From contig CAMDGG010000003.1 in NCBI GenBank assembly GCA_945898045.1, forward strand, positions 10,529-74,528: DNA of 64,000 bases, written 5' to 3'. The position numbers were made by a program, and so were the translations under genes. Each line of letters opens with the position of its first letter. Position 1 is the first letter of the stretch. This DNA is from a bacterium UBP8_UBA817. GTDB taxonomy: Bacteria > Margulisbacteria > Marinamargulisbacteria > SXXA01 > SICP01. The notes below the pieces were generated by a model. That model was not told the origin of the DNA. It was given only the letters and a program-made list of their open reading frames with translations, and searched no databases. Positions 1-12,496 of the stretch are shown here, piece after piece.

Positions 1-743
1 ACACGCAAATCTGCACCTCCGTTGTACAAGTCTGTAGCAAAAGAATGTCGAAGTGTATGCGGCGTAATAGAGCTCGATAGTCCTTCTGCATCTGCATAGT
101 GGCGAATCATTCTTTGAATACTACGAACGGTTAAACGGCCCCCTTTTAAATTAACAAAAACAGCAGGTTCAGATGTCACGCGCTCTTCGTTGATGTACCG
201 GTCTAGCCAGAGTTTTGACACGTCTCCAAATAAACAGATTCGCTCTCGATTTCCTTTTCCAATAATGCGTAATTCTTGATTTGAAAAATCAAAATCTCCC
301 ATATCAAGAGAGACCAATTCAGAAACTCGGAGCCCAGAGGCATATAATAATTCACAAATAGCCCGATCTCTGAGCGACGAAATCGTATTTAGAAATTGGG
401 CCATTTCTTCTTGCACCAAAATTGTGGGTAATAAAGTAGGGAGTTTAGGAGAACTTAAAAATTCCCAAGGATTTTCTGCAACATACTCTTTGGCAACCAA
501 AAATTTCCAGAAAGATCGAAAGGCAGATAATTTGCGCGCAATACTTTTGGACGAGTAACCTTGCTGATCTAATTGGTATAAAAATTCCCGGCACGTGGTA
601 GTAGAAAGTGATGCTAGAGCGTCTTGTGTCTCAAATTGAGACAGATCACGGGCATAATTTGTGCGCGTATGTGATGAAAACTGTTTGTCGAAAGTTAAGA
701 AATCAAGAAATTCAGAAACCCACTTATGATACTGGGGTTTCAA
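1..743 (-). CDS. Tyrosine recombinase, XerC/XerD family (partial; C-terminal end runs off the window)
   Basis: Absent from the ORF track because it runs off the edge. My minus-strand translation gives [31 protein letters not shown] and [14 protein letters not shown] (N-terminal core-binding domain). It also gives [31 protein letters not shown], and [23 protein letters not shown] at nt 1-60 (HxxR box). The only canonical in-frame start I find is TTG 743-741, overlapping the upstream gene, so the start is uncertain. Confidence 0.8.
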   Translation of the reverse strand, partial: [247 protein letters not shown]

Positions 744-1215
744 AATATTTTTTTCTGTTCTCTTCTGTAAGGTCAATGCGACGACCCTCTTCCACAACCC
801 AACTATCCCGATGCGCTTGTTTTCGAGTATCCACATGCACATATTGGCTTGTTAAATTTAAGCCAAGTCCTTTAAATTCTGGCACTTGTTCTGCAAGTAA
901 AAAAACATCTTTAGGCGACAAATTATCGATTGTAATATCTGCAGCAAGGCCTAGTGGATGATAGTTACGTTTGAAGTTTCCCTGTTTTTCAGCAGCTTCG
1001 GGAGTGATGTATCCCCTAACGATATTGATGCGATTATTTGCAAGGGAACGCAATAATTCTAGTCCACCCACCAATCCCAAGCTAATGCGACACTTCTCTG
1101 TGCCGTCTTCTGCCGTGTACATAAAGTCTTTTTTTGAAAAATGCTCAGAAAGTTTATACGTAAAGCGAGGCTTTTTTGCATTCCAATTTCGATTACGATT
1201 GCGTGAACGTGCCAT
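724..1215 (-). CDS. Peptidase M15A-like (zinc D-Ala-D-Ala carboxypeptidase / YcbK-DUF882-like) protein
   Basis: 163 aa. RGYITPEAAEKQGNFKRNYHPLGLAADITI and QYVHVDTR resemble the H..G.A.D and VH.D metal-ligand motifs of Peptidase_M15_3-type proteins. The N-terminus is basic. Confidence 0.6.
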   Translation of the reverse strand: MARSRNRNRNWNAKKPRFTYKLSEHFSKKDFMYTAEDGTEKCRISLGLVGGLELLRSLANNRINIVRGYITPEAAEKQGNFKRNYHPLGLAADITIDNLSPKDVFLLAEQVPEFKGLGLNLTSQYVHVDTRKQAHRDSWVVEEGRRIDLTEENRKKYFETPVS

Positions 1216-1258
1216 ATGTAATCGTATTATAACGAGTCTTTAGGAATTAGGAAATCAT

Positions 1259-1888
1259 CTATGACGTCTTATGAAATCCCATCGTCGTTTTTACTTCTAA
1301 CATATCTTGCCATGTCAGCCATTTGGGACTGCCTTTTTCTTTGCTTTGTTGTCGCAATAAATAGGATGGGTGAAACATGGGCATGATGTATAACGGTTCG
1401 CGCATATACTCTACGGGGGCCTTGTACCATTGGCCGCGCACTTTGCTAATGGTAAGGGATTCTTCCAAGACGTCTCTTAATGAAGGCGCGCCCAGTAAGA
1501 TTAATATTTTGGGTTGAACCAATTGAATTTGGCGAACGAGATAGGGCTTGCAGGCTTTCATTTCAGAGGCAAAAGGGGTGCGGTTTTTTGGTGGGCGACA
1601 TTTGACTGTGTTGGTAATATAAACTTGCGTTTCACGATCGATACCGGCCGATTCAAAAATTTTCGTGAGGAGTTGTCCCGCTTTTCCTATGAAGGGTTTT
1701 CCGTGTAAATCTTCTTGCTCCCCAGGGCCTTCTCCGATGACCATGACATCACAGGTAACGGGACCCGTTCCGACGACGACTTGGGTGCGTGTTTCATGAA
1801 GTGCGCATTTAGTGCACGCTTTACACACAGCCACAAACGGCTCATAGGTTAAGTCAGAAAATTCTGTTTTTTCGTTAAATACCAGCAT
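1259..1888 (-). CDS. Uracil-DNA glycosylase, family 4
   Basis: The family-4 UDG signature is present: CKACTKCALHE (Fe-S Cys cluster), GEGPGEQEDLHGKPFIGKAGQLL and TNTVKCRPP. Confidence 0.9.
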   Translation of the reverse strand: MLVFNEKTEFSDLTYEPFVAVCKACTKCALHETRTQVVVGTGPVTCDVMVIGEGPGEQEDLHGKPFIGKAGQLLTKIFESAGIDRETQVYITNTVKCRPPKNRTPFASEMKACKPYLVRQIQLVQPKILILLGAPSLRDVLEESLTISKVRGQWYKAPVEYMREPLYIMPMFHPSYLLRQQSKEKGSPKWLTWQDMLEVKTTMGFHKTS

Positions 1889-1891
1889 CTC

Positions 1892-4416
<2,525 letters not shown>

Positions 4417-4420
<4 letters not shown>

Positions 4421-4833
4421 GTGCCCTAGAAAATACAGACGCAAATCTTATTGGAAAAGTATTTTCTGGTGTGATCACACATGTTGCGGCTTTTGGCGCT
4501 TTTGTTAAGTTGGATATGGGAGAAGAGGGTCTTGTGCATATCTCTGAGGTTGCCAATGAATATGTGACGGACATTACAAAATTTGTAAGCGTTGGTCAAA
4601 AAGTGACTGTTAAGATTCTTACACGAAACAAAAAAAATAAACTAGAATTTTCAATAAAAAAAGCAACGGAAGTCGAAGAGAAAATATCTCAATATATTCC
4701 TCCAAAAGCACCCAAAAGTAACGACTTCGAAACAAAAGTAAGCGCGTTTCTGAAAAAATCCGAAGAAAAACAAGTCGATATCAGACGGAATCTCAAAAGT
4801 AAGCAAGGCATCGTAAAAAAGCGCGCTAAGTGA
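4417..4833 (+). CDS. S1 RNA-binding domain protein (YabR-like)
   Basis: GKVFSGVITHVAAFGAFVKLDMGEEGLVHISEVANEYV...GQKVTVKIL is an S1/OB-fold motif, followed by a lysine-rich tail. There is an ATGA overlap with the upstream gene. Confidence 0.8.
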
Positions 4834-6134
4834 TGTCAGCGCCCAAACTGATTAGAGGCTACTATGAGGTGCAAGACTGCCTCTCCGAGGGCGTCTTAAC
4901 CCGGCTCTATCTCACCAAACATACGGTTAAACAAAGCCAGTATTATGTATGGGAATTCAAAGCCAATTATTTAACACCAGAGATCACGCAAGATCTCATC
5001 AAATTGGCCCAAAAACTTCGGTATATCCGCCATCCAAACATACTGCCATTAGAAGAATTTGAGTATACCGGTTCGCAATTTTATGCCATCTATCCTATTG
5101 AAAAAAATCTGGTTCCTTTGGAGGACTATTTAAAAGGGAATCCCGATGTCTCCGATGCGATTCGGGGTAAATGGAGTACTCAGATTGTGTCGGCCATGAT
5201 GCTTTTAGAATCGAAAGAACTTTGTGGTGGGCAGCTCAATACCCATGATCTTTACGTAGATCAAGATCAAAATATTATGCTGAGTACCGTCTGTTTGCCG
5301 ATACCCATATTGCAAGATCAACTTTTAGAATTAGATGCCATTGATGAAGGAATATTTATTGCCCCAGAATTGTTGCAATCCCAGACCTATACGATTCAAT
5401 CAGATATTTATAGCATGGGCATCCTACTCTACGTCTTATTTGGAAAGCAGTGGCCCTATCCCAACACCTCAAAAATTACAGGGATAACGACCCTATTATT
5501 AGAAGGCCCTTTACCATTTTATAAACGATTTGAAAGTACGCCGAATCATATTGAAAAAGCGATTCAAATTTGTCTGCAAATAGAGCCGCGTTATCGATAC
5601 CAATCGTTTGCAGTATTACTAAAAAATTTACAATCTCCGAAGACGGTAAAGGCTCCGCAGTATATTCCCTTAAATCAAGAAGAAGCCTTCAGGAAGGAGT
5701 TAAAACAAGACGTGAAACGACGAAAAAATAAAAAAAATAGAAAATGGGTGATACTTACGTTGGTATCTATCATTATCTTGTCTGTATTGGGTGTCTTGTA
5801 CCATAAATATGTTTCCTACTCGACCGCTATTCCTGAAAAATCTGTCCCCAATGTCACTGGTATGCCCCTAGAAAAAGCGCTTCGTATTTTGAAGGAAGAC
5901 GAGTTGTTTGGAGAAATTGCGGGCGAACGGGAAAATGCACAATATCCCAAAGGATATGTCATCGAAACCCGTCCTCCAGAAGGACGAAATGTCAAAGAAA
6001 ACCGACGTATTCGTCTTTTTCTATCCAAAGGAAATGGCTCAGAAGCGTGCGCTATTTTTAGTACCGAAAATGCTACAGTTGCGACAGAAGATGTTCATCC
6101 TGTAGATCCTAATCAACAGAACGCCAATCCATGA
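4830..6134 (+). CDS. Ser/Thr-kinase-like membrane protein with one extracellular PASTA domain (kinase domain appears degenerate)
   Basis: Hanks-type fold remnants are present: RHPNILPLEEF, IAPELLQ (APE), SDIYSMGILLYVLF. A basic stretch and TM helix (WVILTLVSIIILSVLGVLY) follow, then a PASTA-like VPNVTGMPLEKALRILKEDELFGEI...GYVIETRPPEGRNVKENRRIRLFLSKG. The Gly-loop, HRDLKPxN and DFG motifs are not recognisable. Confidence 0.7.
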   Translation: MMSAPKLIRGYYEVQDCLSEGVLTRLYLTKHTVKQSQYYVWEFKANYLTPEITQDLIKLAQKLRYIRHPNILPLEEFEYTGSQFYAIYPIEKNLVPLEDYLKGNPDVSDAIRGKWSTQIVSAMMLLESKELCGGQLNTHDLYVDQDQNIMLSTVCLPIPILQDQLLELDAIDEGIFIAPELLQSQTYTIQSDIYSMGILLYVLFGKQWPYPNTSKITGITTLLLEGPLPFYKRFESTPNHIEKAIQICLQIEPRYRYQSFAVLLKNLQSPKTVKAPQYIPLNQEEAFRKELKQDVKRRKNKKNRKWVILTLVSIIILSVLGVLYHKYVSYSTAIPEKSVPNVTGMPLEKALRILKEDELFGEIAGERENAQYPKGYVIETRPPEGRNVKENRRIRLFLSKGNGSEACAIFSTENATVATEDVHPVDPNQQNANP

Positions 6135-7270
6135 ATACCGTTTTTACCCCATTCGAAAAAACCTTGATGGCTCGCTTAATTGAAGCGGCCAAAACACAAA
6201 AGGGTTACACGCTTCCCAATCCTGTCACAGCAGCAGCCGTTGTTAAAAATGGAAAAGTGATTAGCGAAGGGATTCACCAAAAAGCAGGCGAGCCACATGC
6301 AGAAGCTATTGCGTTAGATCGTTGTGGCGTGGCTGCACAAGGGGCTACGCTCTATGTCACGCTTGAGCCTTGCACGCATTGGGGGAAACAACCGCCCTGT
6401 GCCAATCGCATTATAGAAAGTGGTATCACAAAAGTGGTTTACGCCATCGATGATCCAAATCCTAAAGTCAGAGAAAAATCAGCCAAAGAACTTTTTTCTT
6501 CTGCAGGTATAGAAGTAGCGAGTGGTCTTTTTCAAGAAGAAGCGCTTTTACTCAATGCTGGATTTTTTAAAACACATCTTCTCAAACAGCCCTTTGTAAC
6601 GTTGAAGGCAGGGATGAGTATTGACGGAAAAATTGCACTCTCGAATGGTCAAAGTAAATATATTACGTCCGTGGAATCTCGAAAAAAAGTGCATCAACTT
6701 CGAAGAGAAAATCAGGCCTTATTAATTGGAATTGGAACAGTCTTGTCTGACAACCCACTCTTGAATTGCAGAGACGATGATGGCCCTGATTTAGAACGAG
6801 AACGCACTATTTTAATTTTGGATCCAGAAGCAAAACTGCCCGAGTCTTCGGCTCTATTTAAGGCCAATCCTGGCGTTAGTATTATCTTACTTACCGCTCG
6901 AAAAACTATCTTGCCGATGTCTCTAAAAAAACACGTAACGCATTGGCCGTTTGATGTGAATTCTGAAGGAAAAATCGCGTGGCCGGATATTCTCCATAAA
7001 TGCTACGAAGAGGGAATACAAGATATTTTAATAGAGGGTGGCCCTGGTGTGTATAGTTCGGCACTCGATCAGCATGCAGTGGATAAAGTGATTTTTTTCT
7101 TAGCTCCCAAATTATTTGGTGGTGAAAATGACCGATCGGTATTTGCTACAAAAGGCTTTAATAAATTAGCCGATGTTTCAGAAATTCAGGATATGAAAAT
7201 GAAAATGCTAGGCCCAGATATCCAAATAACCGGCTATTTAAGACACCCAAAACAGTGGTTACCAAATTAA
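6131..7270 (+). CDS. ribD: Bifunctional riboflavin biosynthesis protein RibD (pyrimidine deaminase / uracil reductase)
   Basis: Deaminase zinc motif HAEAIAL...TLEPCTHWGKQPPCANRI, then a reductase domain (VTLKAGMSIDGKIA...IEGGPGVYSS). ATGA overlap with the upstream gene. Confidence 0.9.
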   Translation: MNTVFTPFEKTLMARLIEAAKTQKGYTLPNPVTAAAVVKNGKVISEGIHQKAGEPHAEAIALDRCGVAAQGATLYVTLEPCTHWGKQPPCANRIIESGITKVVYAIDDPNPKVREKSAKELFSSAGIEVASGLFQEEALLLNAGFFKTHLLKQPFVTLKAGMSIDGKIALSNGQSKYITSVESRKKVHQLRRENQALLIGIGTVLSDNPLLNCRDDDGPDLERERTILILDPEAKLPESSALFKANPGVSIILLTARKTILPMSLKKHVTHWPFDVNSEGKIAWPDILHKCYEEGIQDILIEGGPGVYSSALDQHAVDKVIFFLAPKLFGGENDRSVFATKGFNKLADVSEIQDMKMKMLGPDIQITGYLRHPKQWLPN

Positions 7271-7281
7271 AGGAGATATAC

Positions 7282-8160
7282 ATGAGTACACTCACAGAAA
7301 TAAATTTACCCACTCTCAAACTTTTCCGAAAAGGGAAAGTGCGCAATGTCTATGACTTGGGGGAATATTTATTAATTGTCGCCTCTGATCGCATTTCGGC
7401 TTTTGATGTTGTCTTGCCAAACGGCATTCCCGAAAAAGGGAAAGTTCTCACGCGCGTTTCTCAGTTTTGGTTCGACAAAATAGGATCAAACTACAATCAC
7501 CATTTAATTAGCACCAACGTAGACGAGTTTCCGTCCGAAACACAGCCCTACAAAGAAATCTTGCGTGGTCGCTCTATGTTCGTCAGAAAAACCGATTTAA
7601 TCGAAGTAGAGTGTGTTGTCAGAGGGTATCTGATTGGGACCGGTTGGAAAGAATATCAACAATCCGGCACTGTTTGCGGAATTGCTTTGCCAGCCAACTT
7701 ACGTATGGCAGATAAACTTCCAGAACCCATCTTTACACCGGCGTACAAAGCGATGGATGGTGGCCACGACGAAAATATTTCATTCGAAAAAATGCAAAGC
7801 CTTATCGGTGCTGAACTTTCAGAAAACTTAAGAAGAATAAGTCTAGAACTCTACGCTTTGGGAAGAGACTATGCAGAAACACGCGGTATTATCTTAGCCG
7901 ACACCAAATTTGAATTCGGCCGTATTGGGGATCAACTTATTCTCATCGACGAAGTTCTGACGCCAGATTCCTCGCGCTACTGGCCGAAATCTGAGTATCA
8001 ACCAGGAAGCTCTCCTCCAAGTTTTGATAAACAAATCGTCCGAGACTACTTAGAGTCCACAACATGGAACAAACAATATCCTGGGCCAGTACTGCCAGAG
8101 GACATTATTAAAAAAGCTTCAGAAAAGTATTTGGAGTTGGAACGGATTCTAACCAAATAG
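7282..8160 (+). CDS. purC: Phosphoribosylaminoimidazole-succinocarboxamide (SAICAR) synthase
   Basis: KLFRKGKVRNVYDLGEYLLIVASDRISAFD, LADTKFEFG and LIDEVLTPDSSRYW are present. AGGAG precedes ATG 7282. The ORF-track start at 7255 overlaps ribD and is less likely. Confidence 0.93.
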   Translation: MSTLTEINLPTLKLFRKGKVRNVYDLGEYLLIVASDRISAFDVVLPNGIPEKGKVLTRVSQFWFDKIGSNYNHHLISTNVDEFPSETQPYKEILRGRSMFVRKTDLIEVECVVRGYLIGTGWKEYQQSGTVCGIALPANLRMADKLPEPIFTPAYKAMDGGHDENISFEKMQSLIGAELSENLRRISLELYALGRDYAETRGIILADTKFEFGRIGDQLILIDEVLTPDSSRYWPKSEYQPGSSPPSFDKQIVRDYLESTTWNKQYPGPVLPEDIIKKASEKYLELERILTK

Positions 8161-9348
8161 TGACTGTAATTTTTGCCATGGCAATACAGTAATCTTGGAA
8201 GATAATTTTAGAGTTTTGGGGGTATTACAAATAATAAATCCTTCCTTTGCATTTGAATACTCTTGAAGAAAAAGTTCAAGATGTTTTGCATCGCGAAGTG
8301 AAGGAGTAGATGTCCATTTGACTTCTATCGGAGTAAGCTGATCCTGATCCTGAATTAACCAATCGATTTCGGGTCCATTGTGGTCTCTCCAAAACGTTAC
8401 TTTTGCCAAAGGAGAACGTAACGATAATTCTTTTCTAAGCTCAAGACCGACCCATTGTTCAAACAAATGCCCCATGTATTCTTCTGGCAGTTGATGACCT
8501 TCTTCAGCTGCCAATCGACGTACGCCCAAGTCAAAAAAAATATACTTACTTGTGGTCGCAAGCCGACGTCTTGTCTGGCTTTCCGAATATGCATCAAATC
8601 GTTCTACTACCATACAGCTTTCTAAAATTCGGTAATATTCAGCGATAGTGGTATGACTAATACCAATTTGTGTCGCCAGTTTTCGGAAGTTAATGAGCCG
8701 GCCCGATTCAATTGCAGATAAACGAAGAAATTTAGAAAATGGCACAATTTGTCTAACAAGTGCTTCTTTACGAATTTCTTCTTCAAGATACGTAATCACA
8801 TACGATTTTAATCGTAGATCTATATCTGTAGGACTCCCCTCTTTCTGTATAATTTCAGGAAGCATACCATTTAATAGTAGTTGTGAAATCTTTGGCGTAA
8901 TAGAAGGAAGTTCTGTGAGCATGACAGGCGCCATATAGAGACAAACAAGACGTCCTGGAAGTAGATTTTTAATTTTTCTAACAGAAGATCCACATAGAAT
9001 AAATTGCGCAATTTGATCATCAATTAAAACCTGAATCAGATCGGTTAAATGGGGACATTTTTGAATTTCATCAATAATGACAAGTGGTTTTTTTGAAGTT
9101 GAAAGCCCTTGTATTTCATGCCGAAGTTGTTGAGGGGTGCGATCGTACAGCATTACTACTTCTGGATCCATTAGATTGAGATAAAGATCAGAAGTGAGTG
9201 CTTTTAGGGCGGTTGTTTTCCCTACCTGGCGAGGGCCAAGCAATAAAATACTTTTTCCCTGACTTAAAACATGCTCCAATCGATCTGAAATATGTCGTTT
9301 AAAGGAATTCATACTGTCCATTATCGCCGATAATGGACAACTCATCAA
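8149..9348 (-). CDS. AAA+ ATPase of the AAA_14 / DUF4143 type
   Basis: Walker A LLLGPRQVGKTT and Walker B LVIIDEIQ, with a C-terminal region typical of DUF4143 proteins (FFDLGVRR..., WRDHNGPEIDWL). Its 3' end overlaps the purC 3' end, so the genes are convergent. Confidence 0.7.
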   Translation of the reverse strand: MMSCPLSAIMDSMNSFKRHISDRLEHVLSQGKSILLLGPRQVGKTTALKALTSDLYLNLMDPEVVMLYDRTPQQLRHEIQGLSTSKKPLVIIDEIQKCPHLTDLIQVLIDDQIAQFILCGSSVRKIKNLLPGRLVCLYMAPVMLTELPSITPKISQLLLNGMLPEIIQKEGSPTDIDLRLKSYVITYLEEEIRKEALVRQIVPFSKFLRLSAIESGRLINFRKLATQIGISHTTIAEYYRILESCMVVERFDAYSESQTRRRLATTSKYIFFDLGVRRLAAEEGHQLPEEYMGHLFEQWVGLELRKELSLRSPLAKVTFWRDHNGPEIDWLIQDQDQLTPIEVKWTSTPSLRDAKHLELFLQEYSNAKEGFIICNTPKTLKLSSKITVLPWQKLQSLFG

Positions 9349-9611
9349 CCAAAATCGGCGTTAATGTATATATAGCCTATATCTCCAAACTACATAAGGC
9401 TCGTATTTTGCTTCCCAGTTTTAAATAAATGTTTATCTTGGGCCTGATGTGTAAGTACCGGCTTGGATTTCGCAACAGTCCCAACATGCCCATTCGGAAA
9501 ATCCGGAAGGAAGTTGACACGAATACATATTAGAGGCTCCTACTAAAGTATTGAAAGGCTATTGAGAGAGTAAGATTTTGAATAGAAATAGTGAATAGAA
9601 AAGGATTTAAA

Positions 9612-9688
9612 TGGTCGGGGCGAGAGGACTTGAACCTCCGACCCCCAGTTCCCAAAACTGGTGCGCTACCAGGCTGCGCTACGCCCCG
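9612..9688 (-). tRNA. tRNA-Pro (anticodon TGG), CCA encoded
   Basis: The reverse complement folds by hand as CGGGGCG-TA-GCGC-AGCCTGGTA-GCGC-A-CCAGT-TTTGGGA-ACTGG-GGGTC-GGAGG-TTCAAGT-CCTCT-CGCCCCG-A-CCA. The anticodon loop is TT-TGG-GA. Confidence 0.93.
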
Positions 9689-9708
9689 ACATAAAAGAAG
9701 GACTCAGT

Positions 9709-10311
9709 TTATACTGATTGTGTGCAAAAGCGCAAGATCATCTCTTTAGCATCCGCGAGTGCGTGGTGACGATGACTGATTTTATTCTTTTCTTCTGGGT
9801 CTAATTCTGCGGCTGTCATTTCTAGTCCGGATGGAATAAAAATAGGGTCATAACCGAAGCCTTTTGTGCCTTTTAACGCATATCCGATTTGGCCGTGCCA
9901 GTGGCCTTCTGTCACTTCAACTTGCCCCGAAGGAAATTTAATGGCAATGGCACAAGTGTAATGCGCGTGTCGATTTGTCGTATCTCCCAACTCTTTTAAG
10001 AGTAACTCGCATTGTTCGGCACTTGTTAATTTGCCACCGCCATATCGGGCAGAATAAATACCTGGCCGCCCATCTAATGCATCCACCGAAAGACCCGAAT
10101 CGTCTGATAGATAAATAACGTTGGGAAGCGTCGGAAGATCTGCGACTTTTTTTATAGCATTTTCAATAAAGGTGTGGCCGTCTTCGACAACGTCAGGACA
10201 TTCTCCTAATAACTCTTTAATCGAACATGCTGTGCATAGATCACTTGAAACCAGCGCCATAATTTCTCGGATTTTACCTGCGTTTCCAGACGCAACGGCA
10301 ACTTTAATCAT
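9709..10311 (-). CDS. rdgB: Non-canonical purine NTP pyrophosphatase (RdgB/HAM1 family)
   Basis: [24 protein letters not shown] and ISHRHHAL are present. I place the start at ATG 10311, because the ORF-track start at 10338 adds 9 unsupported residues. Confidence 0.9.
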   Translation of the reverse strand: MIKVAVASGNAGKIREIMALVSSDLCTACSIKELLGECPDVVEDGHTFIENAIKKVADLPTLPNVIYLSDDSGLSVDALDGRPGIYSARYGGGKLTSAEQCELLLKELGDTTNRHAHYTCAIAIKFPSGQVEVTEGHWHGQIGYALKGTKGFGYDPIFIPSGLEMTAAELDPEEKNKISHRHHALADAKEMILRFCTQSV

Positions 10312-12496
10312 GATTGATCCTTCTGACAGAAATGACATCGGAAATACTATTTAGCGCTGTCATTAACCGTTTTAAGTAAGCTAAGTCGGGAATATCTAAA
10401 ACAATCGTGGCACTCATGCCGCCTCCGTTTGGAGAGATATTGGTTTCGACTTTTCGTATTGCCGCTTTATGATCTGCGATTTTTTGCAAGATATCTTGTA
10501 AGATTCCTGTTCGGTCAAAGCCTTCTACAGCTAGAGTAACAGGATAGAGTATCTTTTTTCTGGGATCCCAAGAGACTTCGATAATACGTGATTTTGTGGT
10601 CTCATCGATGCTATAACGCATATGCCGACAATCTTTGCGATGTACCGAAATGCCAGATCCTAGCGTGATAAATCCCATAATGTCGTCGCCAGGAAGCGGA
10701 TGACAGCACTTCGCAATGCGCACGCTAATATGTTCTTCACCCAAGACCCGAATACCCAAGTCATCCGAATCAGATTTACTTGATTTTGAAGTAAGCGGAA
10801 TATCATGTTTCAGTGCAGATGGCTCGCCCTCTGGATGACGCAATTTATTTAAAAAGGTGATGACTTCGCGTGCTTGGACATCACCATGCGCAATATGCAA
10901 AAAGAGATCTTCATAGCGCTCAATGGCAAAATGAGATTTTAATTTTTCTAAGTAATTAGCTGTCAGAATTTCTTTAGGAGAATGACCTGCTACGATGAGA
11001 GCTTTCTCGAGTTTTTTGCGACCTAGTTGTAAATTTTCTGTGGTGGCTTGGCGTCGGAACCACTGTTTAATGCGATTTTTAGACTGAGATGTTTTCGCAA
11101 AATCTAACCAATCCAATTTGGGATGGCCTTGCTTGGTGGTTAAAATTTCTATTCTATCTCCGCTGCGCAACACCTGATCCAACGTCGCAATGGCACCATT
11201 AATTTTGGCGCCGACGCAACAATGTCCTACTTCGGTATGGATACGATAAGCAAAATCAATAGGAGTGGCGCCTTTGGGCAGCGTGTACAAATCCCCAAGC
11301 GGCGTAAAGACAAATACCTCATCAATAAATAAATCTAATTTTAATTCTTGTAAAAAATCTCGTGGGGCTTTGACGTCTTGTTGTAAATCAATAATTTCAC
11401 GAAGCCATGAAAAATCCCCTTGTTGTTTGCCACGTTGTGGAGCACCTTCTTTGTACTGCCAATGCGCCGCAATACCATTCTCTGCGACCTGGTGCATTTC
11501 CAGTGTACGTATCTGTGCCTCAACGGGATTCCCCTCGGGCCCAATGACCGTCGTATGTAACGACTGATACATATTGGACTTAGGCACCGCAATATAATCT
11601 TTAATGCGTCCGCTAATCGGCTTATATGCAGAATGAATGACGCCGAGTACCTGATAACAATCTCCCACAGTGTCTACCATAATGCGAACGCCCAGCGTGT
11701 CATATAGATCTTCGAAGGCAATATGTTGTTTCTTAATTTTTTGATAAATACTATAAAAATGTTTGGGGCGGCCAGAAATTTTGACTGGCATTTTTAGGTC
11801 ATCACATAATGTTTGAATGTGCTTGATGAAGCCCACTAAGTATTGCTCTCGTGTTGTTCGATGTGAGGCAACGAGGCGTTTAATTTCTTGAAATTCGTTG
11901 GGTTCTAAATAGAAGAAACAGAGGTCTTCTAGCTCCCACTTTAACGACCAAATTCCCATACGATGGGCAAGCGGCGCAAAAATTTCGCGTGTTTCAAGTG
12001 CAATACGTTCTTGCTTATGTGGCGGCAACGATTTTAGTGTGCGCATATTATGTAAACGGTCTGCTAACTTAATAATAACGACACGCACATCGTTGGCCAT
12101 TGCCAGAAAAAGCTTTCGGAAATTCTCAGCCTGCTGCTCTTCTTTTGAGCCAAAATAAATCTTACCTAACTTGGTGACGCCGCTGACCAATTGGCAAACA
12201 TCAGCGCCAAATGCTTTGGTGAGCCCCTTTTCGTCGATTACCGTATCTTCTATCGTATCGTGCAAAAGGCCTGCACAAATGGTCGCAACATCTTGCCGTA
12301 ACTCCGCCAAAATACTCGCAACAAGTACAGGATGTGTAATGTATGGAATACCCGAATGCCGTGACTGATCTTGATGTGCAACTTCTGCAAAAACATAGGC
12401 GCGTTCAATCGTTTTGAGATCTTCTGGAGGAAGATAAATAGCACATTTTTCAATTAAAGAGGCGAGACTGCCTTCTGTCGGCTGTTCAGGGGTCAT
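10304..12496 (-). CDS. rel: Bifunctional (p)ppGpp synthetase/hydrolase, RelA/SpoT family
   Basis: 730 aa. It has an HD hydrolase domain (HQDQSRHSGIPYITHPV...LLHDTIEDT), a synthetase domain (YQSLHTTVIGPEG) and TGS and ACT-like C-terminal domains. Confidence 0.95.
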   Translation of the reverse strand: MTPEQPTEGSLASLIEKCAIYLPPEDLKTIERAYVFAEVAHQDQSRHSGIPYITHPVLVASILAELRQDVATICAGLLHDTIEDTVIDEKGLTKAFGADVCQLVSGVTKLGKIYFGSKEEQQAENFRKLFLAMANDVRVVIIKLADRLHNMRTLKSLPPHKQERIALETREIFAPLAHRMGIWSLKWELEDLCFFYLEPNEFQEIKRLVASHRTTREQYLVGFIKHIQTLCDDLKMPVKISGRPKHFYSIYQKIKKQHIAFEDLYDTLGVRIMVDTVGDCYQVLGVIHSAYKPISGRIKDYIAVPKSNMYQSLHTTVIGPEGNPVEAQIRTLEMHQVAENGIAAHWQYKEGAPQRGKQQGDFSWLREIIDLQQDVKAPRDFLQELKLDLFIDEVFVFTPLGDLYTLPKGATPIDFAYRIHTEVGHCCVGAKINGAIATLDQVLRSGDRIEILTTKQGHPKLDWLDFAKTSQSKNRIKQWFRRQATTENLQLGRKKLEKALIVAGHSPKEILTANYLEKLKSHFAIERYEDLFLHIAHGDVQAREVITFLNKLRHPEGEPSALKHDIPLTSKSSKSDSDDLGIRVLGEEHISVRIAKCCHPLPGDDIMGFITLGSGISVHRKDCRHMRYSIDETTKSRIIEVSWDPRKKILYPVTLAVEGFDRTGILQDILQKIADHKAAIRKVETNISPNGGGMSATIVLDIPDLAYLKRLMTALNSISDVISVRRINHD

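Noticed and set aside
1-1888. Xer-family recombinase plus M15 peptidase plus UDG as a possible mobile-element end.
   Set aside because: The recombinase has the typical XerC/XerD chromosomal-dimer-resolution sequence pattern. No repeats, att-like sites or phage genes are visible, and the element would extend beyond the window, so it cannot be assessed.
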